22,394 nucleotides of DNA from Candidatus Hadarchaeota archaeon (GTDB lineage Archaea; CAYQAE01; CAYVLA01): NCBI GenBank assembly GCA_964452145.1, contig CAYVLA010000050.1:1-22394 (forward strand). The letters are read 5' to 3'. The number at the start of each line of letters is the position of its first letter. The first letter of the stretch is position 1. The notes below the pieces were generated by a model that was not told where the DNA came from, made no database searches, and saw nothing but the letters and a program-made list of their open reading frames with translations. This document shows, piece by piece, positions 8,518 to 15,664 of this stretch. Position numbers and translations under genes: made by a program.

Positions 8518-9252
8518 CTACACGATCTTCTTCTTGGATGCCCTCTTCCCCACACCGGTTCTCCTAGCTGCGATGTGCCCAACCTTCCTGCCGGGGGGAG
8601 CATTCCGGCCAACGCAGGATGGTCTGCCGAGATGTTGGTGACCGCCGCCCCCGTGCGGGTGATCGACCACGTTCATGGCAACTCCCCTCACACGCGGGTA
8701 CAGCTTGTTCCGTGCCTTGCGCTCGATGCTCCTTTTGCCCGCCTTCAGGAAGGGCCTCTCCTTGCGGCCTCCCGCTGACATGATCCCGATGGTGGCCCTG
8801 CATCTGGGATCCAGCACCTTCAGCCCTCCAGAGGGAAGCTGAATCGTCGCGCTTCCGATATCGTGCGAGACCACCGACGCGTAGCAACCCGCGGCCCTGA
8901 CCAGCTTCGGACCCGACCCAGGCCGGCTCTCGATGCCCGAGACGAAAGTCCCCTCCGGGATCTCCGCGAGGGCCAACGTGTTCCCTGGCTCAACAGGAGC
9001 AGAGGCGCCGCACCTTATGGTCTGGCCCACTCGTGCGCCCTCCGCAGCAAGAACCAACCGTTCATCCCCATCCCGGAAGCGAACGCGCGCCACGAGGCCC
9101 GTTCGCGCCGGATCATGCAAGATCTCGACCACCTGGGCCTCGAGATCTGTCCCTCGTGTCGGGTATGTGACAGCGCCGCCCGACTTGAAGGTCTTTGCAC
9201 GGTATGTGGGGGAGCCCTTTCCCCTCCTCTGAGAGATGAGATTTCTTCCCAT
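8518..9252 (-). CDS. rpl2: 50S ribosomal protein uL2
   Basis: MGRNLISQRRGKG, HDPART, VRGVAMNVVDHPHGGG and PPGRKVGHIAARRTG motifs. Confidence 0.98.
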   Translation of the reverse strand: MGRNLISQRRGKGSPTYRAKTFKSGGAVTYPTRGTDLEAQVVEILHDPARTGLVARVRFRDGDERLVLAAEGARVGQTIRCGASAPVEPGNTLALAEIPEGTFVSGIESRPGSGPKLVRAAGCYASVVSHDIGSATIQLPSGGLKVLDPRCRATIGIMSAGGRKERPFLKAGKRSIERKARNKLYPRVRGVAMNVVDHPHGGGGHQHLGRPSCVGRNAPPGRKVGHIAARRTGVGKRASKKKIV

Positions 9253-9524
9253 TACAGGACACCCAGCCTTGTTGCGATCTCCTCGGCACTGTACTCCGCT
9301 GTCAGCTGAACATAGGCCTTCTTTATCCCTTGCCCTGCGTGAACGACGTTCAGCTTGGCTACCTTGACGCCGTACAGGTCCTCCACTGCCTTCTTGACGG
9401 TTCGCTTATCGGCGGTCCTGGCCACGGCGAAAATGAGCTTGTTCTCCATTTCCATCCGTCTGAGCGCCTTGTCACCCGAGACAGGATAGAGGACCACGCT
9501 TCTGGCGTCCACGTCCTTAACCAT
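9252..9524 (-). CDS. rpl23: 50S ribosomal protein uL23
   Basis: ENKLIFAV..ADKRTVKKAVEDLYGVKV..KKAYVQL; start re-called at ATG 9524 after GGTGA. Confidence 0.94.
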   Translation of the reverse strand: MVKDVDARSVVLYPVSGDKALRRMEMENKLIFAVARTADKRTVKKAVEDLYGVKVAKLNVVHAGQGIKKAYVQLTAEYSAEEIATRLGVL

Positions 9525-10281
9525 GGATCTCACCTATCCTCTTGAGGGCAGACAGTGTCCACACCGAGAGCCGTCCCGCAACCCCGCCGGGAGCCAGAAC
9601 CTCCGCGTTGAGGTTTGCCGACGTTGCCACATCCACCCCCGGAAAGTTCGACAAAGCTTTCGCCGCCGGGCTCGACGCCTCCAGGACGAAGAGAGGTCCC
9701 TTTGCCACCCTCTTCCTCCTTCCTCTCATCTTGCCTCGTCCCGCCCTTTGCTTGCGTCCCCTCGTTGTCCGGTCGAGTTCATCGCCCAATCCCAGATTGA
9801 TGAGCGTCGTCCTGATCTCGGTTGCCTTGGCCACGTTAGCGAAGTCATCCGACAGGACGATGGGAACCGTACGTTCCCCGAGTTCGTGACCCCTTTTCCG
9901 CACCAACTCAGGGCTCGATGTTGCGGCGATGGCCGACCTTATCGCCAGCAGGCGCTCCTTACGGTTCATCTTCTTGTACAGCTTCTTCTCAACCTTCGGA
10001 GGATGGGCACGCCGACCGCCAACCGCCTGAGGCACAAAGGCGGCCTCATGCCTGCCGGTCTGGATTCTCCTCACCCTCGCGATGCCCCGGCCCTTGCCTA
10101 CTGACACGGCGCTGGTCTGCTTACCAGCCACAGGCGATGGGCCGTAAGGCTGAAGCCTTGCAGACTGTGCCGAGATCACCGCCCTCTTTATCACATCGTC
10201 CCTGATCGGCGTATTGAAGACCTCGGGTAGATCGACCTCGCCCGATTCTGATCCGTCCAGGGAGTATAGCTTGACCTTCAC
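9517..10281 (-). CDS. rpl4: 50S ribosomal protein uL4
   Basis: IRDDVIKRAV, GRGIARVRR, GGRRAHPPK, RAGRGKMRGR and LAPGGVAGRL motifs; GTG start. Confidence 0.97.
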   Translation of the reverse strand: MKVKLYSLDGSESGEVDLPEVFNTPIRDDVIKRAVISAQSARLQPYGPSPVAGKQTSAVSVGKGRGIARVRRIQTGRHEAAFVPQAVGGRRAHPPKVEKKLYKKMNRKERLLAIRSAIAATSSPELVRKRGHELGERTVPIVLSDDFANVAKATEIRTTLINLGLGDELDRTTRGRKQRAGRGKMRGRRKRVAKGPLFVLEASSPAAKALSNFPGVDVATSANLNAEVLAPGGVAGRLSVWTLSALKRIGEIHG

Positions 10282-10285
10282 ATGA

Positions 10286-11287
10286 TCACTTCCCTTGGAG
10301 GGACGACAGAGAGACCGATGTGATCCTCGGAGGCTCCTCTGGGACTCCTTTCCAAGGCCGGTTGGGTTTCCTGAGATTCACGAGCCTCTTCGTCGTCCCG
10401 GGGGTGCTTCCCATAACCAGCACGTAGTCACCACCGACCTCGCCGTACCTCAAAAAGCCGCCCTTAGGCGTGATCTGAGAGTCGCTTGAACCGATCTTCA
10501 GGAGCCTCTTGTTGTGCTCAGTCCTCTGGTGGTACCCCATCTGACCCGCAAGAGGAACCGTCCACATGATCTGATGCGGGTGCCATGGCCCCAACGTGCC
10601 GGGGTTCCTCCTCGCATCATTGGTCTTCCGGGAGCGAATCCTTATGCCGAATCGCTTGACCGGTCCCTGGAAGCCCTTGCCCTTCGTTACCGCTGTCACG
10701 TCGACGAGTTCTCCCGCCTTAAACACATCCGCAATCCTGATATCCTTGCCCAAGAGCCTTCTCCCGTAGTCGAACTTCTCCTGGATCGATCTTCCCCCTA
10801 GGCCGATCTCCATGACGTCCGGTACCTTCTTCATTCCAGTGGCCCTGGGCGTTGTGTGGACAAGAACGGTCAGATCGGCAGCCGAGGCGATCTCCTTCGC
10901 CATCTCCTCCAGTCTCCTCTCAGGGTCCACCTCCTTGGGAAGGCGCTTCACCCGTCTTCCGAGATCCTTTTCAAAATTCCCTGCCCAAACCTCTGTCTTT
11001 GCATACTTGCCGTTCCTGCTGGATCGGTAGATCCTGAGCCCGAAGACCTTGAGGGGAGGGCAATCGATCACGGTCGCGCCTTTGACCACCTCCCTGCCCT
11101 TCTCGGGAGCGGTGGGCCAGTCCTCGATGAGGTGAACATGGGTCATCCCGGCCTTATAGCCCGGGAAGCCAAGCAGAGACGGCTTGTCTTGTACAGCCCA
11201 GGAACGAACCCTGCCGGCGTGATCCTTGGCCCTGCAACGTGGATGGAAGGCGAGGGATCCTCTCCTGGGCCTCCTCTTTCTAGCCAT
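10286..11287 (-). CDS. rpl3: 50S ribosomal protein uL3
   Basis: Start re-called at ATG 11287 (MARKRRPRRGSLAFHPR) with GGAGG SD; GYKAGMTH, TKGKGFQGPVKRFG and GQMGYHQRTE motifs. Confidence 0.98.
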   Translation of the reverse strand: MARKRRPRRGSLAFHPRCRAKDHAGRVRSWAVQDKPSLLGFPGYKAGMTHVHLIEDWPTAPEKGREVVKGATVIDCPPLKVFGLRIYRSSRNGKYAKTEVWAGNFEKDLGRRVKRLPKEVDPERRLEEMAKEIASAADLTVLVHTTPRATGMKKVPDVMEIGLGGRSIQEKFDYGRRLLGKDIRIADVFKAGELVDVTAVTKGKGFQGPVKRFGIRIRSRKTNDARRNPGTLGPWHPHQIMWTVPLAGQMGYHQRTEHNKRLLKIGSSDSQITPKGGFLRYGEVGGDYVLVMGSTPGTTKRLVNLRKPNRPWKGVPEEPPRITSVSLSSLQGK

Positions 11288-11372
11288 ATTTATCCTCCGA
11301 GTGAACGTAACTTTCTGAACGAGAAGAGACGGGCAGCGCTCCTGCCCACCCATGTCCACCTTGAGAAGGGGG

Positions 11373-11389
11373 TTTATAAACGTTTTCTA
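11373..11389 (-). promoter_or_regulatory. Putative BRE-TATA promoter of the ribosomal protein operon
   Basis: Minus strand reads TAGAAAACG-TTTATAAA in an AT-rich patch ~85 nt upstream of the uL3 ATG; predicted TSS ~11350. Confidence 0.7.
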
Positions 11390-11615
11390 GGCGATATTTA
11401 TAGATCCATATAGCGGTGTTTGGGAGGGCTCCAAAGTGGGTCCCGGAACCTGTCTTATCTCGCCCGTCTGTGTAGGGGTTGGTGGTCAGTCGCACATGAA
11501 CACGGATCGGGCGGACTATAGAGGCGCGGAAGGGGAGAAAGGTAACCTGCGCAACGATCACCCGGTCTGCTCAGTCACCGCGGAGGATCGGGGATGGGGG
11601 CCTGGGCCTGGGCCT

Positions 11616-11630
11616 GGAAAGCCTTATAAG
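11616..11630 (+). promoter_or_regulatory. Putative BRE-TATA promoter of dut
   Basis: GGAAAGCC-TTATAAG ~35 nt upstream of ATG 11665. Confidence 0.6.
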
Positions 11631-11664
11631 TCGACCAGCCGCTTCACGGCGCTGGACGCTGGGG

Positions 11665-12231
11665 ATGATGCTTGGCAGAAGGGAGATCCTCAAGAGAGTG
11701 AAAAGGGGACAACTAGTCTCTGACCTGATTTCCGAGGACCAGATCCAACAGGCGGGGGTTGACCTAACGGTGGGCAAGGTCTACGAGCTGATCGGCCAGG
11801 GAGTTCTTGACTTCGACAACTCGAAGCGCGCCATCTGCAGCTACTCCGAGATCCCGCCCGTGGAGGACGCATGGGACCTCGAGCCTAATGTCTATCATTG
11901 CGCAATGAACGAATGGATAAGCATACCGCCCGACCTTTGCGGGCTACTGCTTCCCAGAAGCTCGGCGCTGGCTTGTGGAATGCACATACACTCTGCGCTC
12001 TGGGACCCCGGCTACAGCGGCAGATCCTTCATCCACACCCATGTGTCGAGGAAGATCAGGGTCCACAGAAATGCTAGGATTGCCCAGATGGTCTTTCTGC
12101 CCGTCGTGGGGGAAGCGACATCCTATTCCGGTGCCTATCTCGGCGAGGATGTGCTGAACCTGGCCAGAAGAGGGACCTCGCCGAGCAGGGAGAAGAGGAC
12201 TCACGGCGGAGGCAGAGGAAAAGCCTTTTGA
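11665..12231 (+). CDS. dut: Archaeal-type trimeric dUTPase (dUTPase/dCTP deaminase superfamily)
   Basis: QQAGVDLTV, PRSS, SALWDPGYSGRS, NARIAQMVF and YSGAYLGE motifs. It lacks the 'TLE' Glu expected after DPG in dCTP deaminases, so dUTPase is favoured. Confidence 0.82.
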   Translation: MMLGRREILKRVKRGQLVSDLISEDQIQQAGVDLTVGKVYELIGQGVLDFDNSKRAICSYSEIPPVEDAWDLEPNVYHCAMNEWISIPPDLCGLLLPRSSALACGMHIHSALWDPGYSGRSFIHTHVSRKIRVHRNARIAQMVFLPVVGEATSYSGAYLGEDVLNLARRGTSPSREKRTHGGGRGKAF

Positions 12232-12232
12232 G
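12217..12232 (+). promoter_or_regulatory. Putative BRE-TATA-like promoter for a leaderless prs transcript, overlapping the dut stop
   Basis: GGAAAAGCC-TTTTGAG resembles the dut promoter GGAAAGCC-TTATAAG and ends ~23 nt before ATG 12255; no clear SD before prs. Confidence 0.4.
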
Positions 12233-12254
12233 AAACAGATGAGCCCGAAGCCTT

Positions 12255-13142
12255 ATGGTGGATCTTTCGATCTACTACACCCCGTCGGCTCAGGACCTAG
12301 GCACATCCATCGGATCCGCCCTCTCGGTCCAGCCCCACGAGATATACGTCAACCAATTCCCGGATTCGGAGTGGTATATCAGGCTGCCGGAAGGAGGGCG
12401 GAGCCCCAACCCCATTCTTGTCCATCGTCTCTATCCCAATCAGAACGACTCTCTGGTACAGCTGCTCTTGGTTCTATCGGAGTTTGCAGAACGGGGCCAG
12501 AAAGTCATCCTCGTTGCCCCATACATACCGTACGCCAAGATGCACAAGAGGGTCCACCCGGGAGAGATCGTGAGCGCCAAGGTACTCACGGGCTGGTTGG
12601 CCCAGTCAACGAGCCTGATCATAACACTGGACTGCCATTTCATCAAGAGACTGGGACGAGTCGACATGTGGGGCGCGCATTACTGCAACCTTACGGAGAG
12701 CGAACACCTCCTGCGCCTTGCAAGGGAACGGTCCCGATCACCGGTCGTCGTCTCACCTGATGAGGGAGCCCAGTACATGGCCGGGGGGCCGGAGGACCAC
12801 CAGACGCTGAGGAAGAGAAGGGGTGTCTACGAAGAGGGCGTGTCCGGCTTTCAGAGGTACTCGGAGACGGAGGGAATTCTGGACGTGGAAGGGCGGGATG
12901 TCTACGTTCTGGACGACATGATCTCAACCGGAGGCACGATGGCCAAGGCGGTTTCCATGGCCCGGGCGGCCGGAGCATCGAGAGTCGTCGCCATGGCAAC
13001 TCATGGCCTATTCGTCAGAGCGGCCGACAGGAAGATACTCGATGCGGGTGCCGACGAGATCGTCGTGAGCAATACGATAAGGAGCCCCTACTCCAAACTG
13101 GACATCCTGCCGGTACTTGTCGAAGAGCTAGGGAAGGTCTAG
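12255..13142 (+). CDS. prs: Ribose-phosphate pyrophosphokinase (PRPP synthetase), divergent
   Basis: FPDSEWYIRL, PYIPY, GEIVSAK, LDCH, SPDEGA, KRR, VLDDMISTGGTM and ATHGLF..VSNTI match the PRS motif order. Confidence 0.88.
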   Translation: MVDLSIYYTPSAQDLGTSIGSALSVQPHEIYVNQFPDSEWYIRLPEGGRSPNPILVHRLYPNQNDSLVQLLLVLSEFAERGQKVILVAPYIPYAKMHKRVHPGEIVSAKVLTGWLAQSTSLIITLDCHFIKRLGRVDMWGAHYCNLTESEHLLRLARERSRSPVVVSPDEGAQYMAGGPEDHQTLRKRRGVYEEGVSGFQRYSETEGILDVEGRDVYVLDDMISTGGTMAKAVSMARAAGASRVVAMATHGLFVRAADRKILDAGADEIVVSNTIRSPYSKLDILPVLVEELGKV

Positions 13143-13177
13143 CCGGTGCAGGGCAGAGCCCAGACGAACACCAACGA

Positions 13178-13567
13178 CTACCGCACCCTCTCCACCGTGA
13201 TCCCAGATCCACTGGTGAATCTCCGCAAAACGGAGATGTCTCCGGTCACCCTTCCCACAACGTTCACAGCGCTGGCGGGCCTTATCTGGTCCGCCGTGGA
13301 TGCGGGCGTCCGCCCGAAGAAGATGCAGAACGCACTCCCGGGTGGCCAGTACGCGATGTCGCCCCTCTCAACAGCCTCTGAGGAATTCTCCTCTTCGCAC
13401 CGAACCGGGATCGAGAAGTATATCTCATCTCCCCACCTGTTGCCGCGAGCCTGAATTGGCAGGGCCTTCAATATCAACTCGGCTGTCTTGGGATTCTGAT
13501 CGGTGGTTATCACGCCACCTACCGACCCTATGTCATCCGACCTGATGACTATGTCAACCTGCGGCAT
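13178..13567 (-). CDS. Cyclophilin-like fold protein (TM1367/DUF369 type)
   Basis: PKTA..ILKALP..NRWGDEIYF, GDIAYWPPGSAFCIFFGRTP and PASAVNVVGRV motifs; start re-called at ATG 13567. Confidence 0.88.
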   Translation of the reverse strand: MPQVDIVIRSDDIGSVGGVITTDQNPKTAELILKALPIQARGNRWGDEIYFSIPVRCEEENSSEAVERGDIAYWPPGSAFCIFFGRTPASTADQIRPASAVNVVGRVTGDISVLRRFTSGSGITVERVR

Positions 13568-13816
13568 GGCTCTTCGCCCATAGGCCATCAACCCCTGGAT
13601 TCTTAACTCTGTTCGAAGCCGCTCTGAGAAGAGAGATCGGTTCCCGGAGGAAGCAGGAGGTCTTGGCAAGAATAATCGTCTACAACCTCATCCGGTTATC
13701 CTATGCTAGGTGGATCAAAGGCCTCAAGACACCCCTCCAACCAAAGCCCAAGCAATAATGTCCCAAAGCCCCCTGCTCGGTAACACATAATAGACCTCGC
13801 CAACTCAGAGACGTAC

Positions 13817-15100
13817 ATGATCGATATAAAACTCATACGCGATACTCCTGATATAATACGAAACAATATCCTAAAAAGGTTTCAAGAAGAAAGACTAGGT
13901 GTTCTAGACGAAGTGATCGCGAACGACGCTGCCTGGAGAGCCTCCCTGGACAGACTCAATCAACTCAGGCACGAGAAGAACGTACTGGACAGGAAGGTCA
14001 ACCGAACCATCTCGGCCGGCGGCAATGCCCAACAGGACATGGAGGCCGGCAGGAAGCTGAGCGACGAGATACGTCGTTCAGAGGAGGAGGTCAGGGCACG
14101 CAAGGAGGCCCTCGACCGAGGGATCCTTCATCTGCCAAACATCTCCCATGGGACGGCACCGGTGGGACGGGGCGAGGAAGAGAACGTCGAGGTTAGGGCC
14201 TGGGGCGAGAAGCCCAAGTTCCCCTTCCAAGCGAAAGACCACATCGACATCGGCCTTCGGCTTGACCTCTTGGACTTCGAGAAGGCGGCCCAGGTCTCGG
14301 GTGCCCGGTGGTACTACCTGAAGAACCAAGCGGTCCTGCTCCAGATGGCCCTACTTAGATTCGCAATGGACAGGCTGATCGCCAACGGCTTCACGCCGAT
14401 ATACCCGCCCGCCATGATAAGGGAGACGATCATGGAGGGGGCAGCGTATCTGCCCGAGGGCAGGGAGGATATATACAAGATCGAAGGAGAGGATCTCTTC
14501 GTTGTTGGCACCTCGGAGCAGGCCCTGGCAGGAATCCACTGGAACGAGATACTGGATGAGGGCGAGTTACCCAAGAGGTACGGTGGCATCTCGCCTTGCT
14601 TCCGAACCGAAGTAGGCAGCCATGGACGAGACACCAAGGGGATCTTCAGAGTCCACCAGTTCGAGAAGGTTGAGATGTTCGTCTTCTGCCTCCCCGAGCA
14701 GTCATGGAACGAACATGAACGGATGATCTCAATCGCCGAGGGCGTGGTGAGAGACCTCAAGATCCCATACAGAGTCGTCAACGTCTGCACAGGCGAACTC
14801 GGAATGGCCGCGGCCAAGAAGTATGACATCGAGCTGTGGCTCCCTGGGCAAGGCAAGTACCGAGAGGCGGTGTCCTGCAGCAACTGCACCGACTACCAGG
14901 CCAGGAGGCTTGGCATAAGATGTCGCCAAGCCCCCGGCAGGCCGACCCGCTTCGTCCACACCCTAAACAGCACGACCCTGGCCACATCCAGAACGCTGAT
15001 CGCAATCCTTGAGAACTACCAGACCGCCGATGGTGCCGTCGTCACACCTCAGGTCCTTAGGCCCTATCTCCCCGGAATGGAGGCCATCGAGAAGGGCTGA
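13817..15100 (+). CDS. serS: Serine--tRNA ligase (type 1, bacterial/eukaryal-like; not methanogenic type)
   Basis: MIDIKLIR, N-terminal coiled coil, GTSE, motif 2 FRTEVGSHGRDTKGIFRVHQFEKVE, SCSNCTDYQARRL, HTLNST and ILENYQ. Confidence 0.98.
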   Translation: MIDIKLIRDTPDIIRNNILKRFQEERLGVLDEVIANDAAWRASLDRLNQLRHEKNVLDRKVNRTISAGGNAQQDMEAGRKLSDEIRRSEEEVRARKEALDRGILHLPNISHGTAPVGRGEEENVEVRAWGEKPKFPFQAKDHIDIGLRLDLLDFEKAAQVSGARWYYLKNQAVLLQMALLRFAMDRLIANGFTPIYPPAMIRETIMEGAAYLPEGREDIYKIEGEDLFVVGTSEQALAGIHWNEILDEGELPKRYGGISPCFRTEVGSHGRDTKGIFRVHQFEKVEMFVFCLPEQSWNEHERMISIAEGVVRDLKIPYRVVNVCTGELGMAAAKKYDIELWLPGQGKYREAVSCSNCTDYQARRLGIRCRQAPGRPTRFVHTLNSTTLATSRTLIAILENYQTADGAVVTPQVLRPYLPGMEAIEKG

Positions 15101-15117
15101 CTCTCCTCGGTGATACG

Positions 15118-15582
15118 TTGTTGCTCTACCTGGCCATCCTGGCAATCGGGCTTCTCATCGGCTGCCTGCTGGCGTTGAAGGTATCGTCGACCAGGCTGCA
15201 GGCCTTGGACACGGTGTGGCAGGAGAGGCTAGATGACCGGGTGAGCAGGGAACTAGCAAGAAGGGAGGACTGGATAAGGAAGGAAGCCGCCCAGAGAAGC
15301 GGAAGCGTTCTCTCGGGTCGCGTTCTGGAGCGTTTCTCGCCGTTCATGGACCAGTTCCCGTTCGACCCCCATGATGCAGTCTGGATCGGCAGCCCCGTGG
15401 ATTTCGTCGTGTTCGACGGCCTGTCAAAGGACAGGAACACCTGCAACGCCCTGAGGCAGATCATCTTCGTCGAGATTAAATCGGGCTCGGGACGGCTTTC
15501 GGCAAGGCAGAGGAATGTCAAGGAGATCGTCGAAAGGGGCAGGGTATCGTGGAAGGAAGTGAAGGTTCACCCGATCGCATGA
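15118..15582 (+). CDS. Membrane-anchored PD-(D/E)XK endonuclease related to archaeal Holliday junction resolvase (Endonuc_Holl-like)
   Basis: N-terminal hydrophobic helix, charged coiled segment, then RSGSVLSG..ERFSPF, WIGSPVDFVVFDGL, IIFVEIKSG and LSARQ; GGTGA SD before TTG (15118 or 15121). Confidence 0.85.
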   Translation: MLLYLAILAIGLLIGCLLALKVSSTRLQALDTVWQERLDDRVSRELARREDWIRKEAAQRSGSVLSGRVLERFSPFMDQFPFDPHDAVWIGSPVDFVVFDGLSKDRNTCNALRQIIFVEIKSGSGRLSARQRNVKEIVERGRVSWKEVKVHPIA

Positions 15583-15664
15583 ACCTGAAGGGAAGATCCT
15601 CAACTCTCTGACCCCAGCCTCACGATCCGGGCAATCCGCGTCTCTCGCAGGAACAGCTATAAGC

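Noticed and set aside
10278..10283. ATG-TGA start-stop overlapping the uL4 GTG (another lies upstream of egsA)
   Set aside because: It arises easily from GTG/GTGA start and SD-type sequence; there is no independent support for a regulatory role
11288..11359. Apparent 24-aa N-terminal extension of uL3
   Set aside because: The upstream start lies at or before the predicted TSS; the SD and conserved N-terminus point to ATG 11287
56..11413. Many plus-strand ORFs (up to 213 aa) opposite the ribosomal operon
   Set aside because: They are antisense shadows of GC-rich coding DNA, with no recognisable motifs and complete overlap with conserved genes
11570..11616. Minus-strand CCAGGCCC...GAGCAG resembling SRP RNA helix 8
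   Set aside because: It lacks the GGAA/GNRA-capped geometry and the rest of the ~300-nt SRP structure
11436..11723. 95-aa ORF in the uL3-dut spacer with GPGPGPG
   Set aside because: It runs through the dut promoter and start and has no protein-like signature; the GPG repeat simply reflects (GGGCCT)x3
13640..13661. GTTCCCGGAGGAAGCAGGAGGT resembling an ORB origin box
   Set aside because: Single imperfect copy with wrong spacing and no cdc6/orc1 gene in the window
15563..15664. Open frame upstream of the DUF1616-like gene suggesting a frameshift fusion with the nuclease
   Set aside because: No slippery site; the nuclease ends normally and a TATA-like box in the gap explains independent expression
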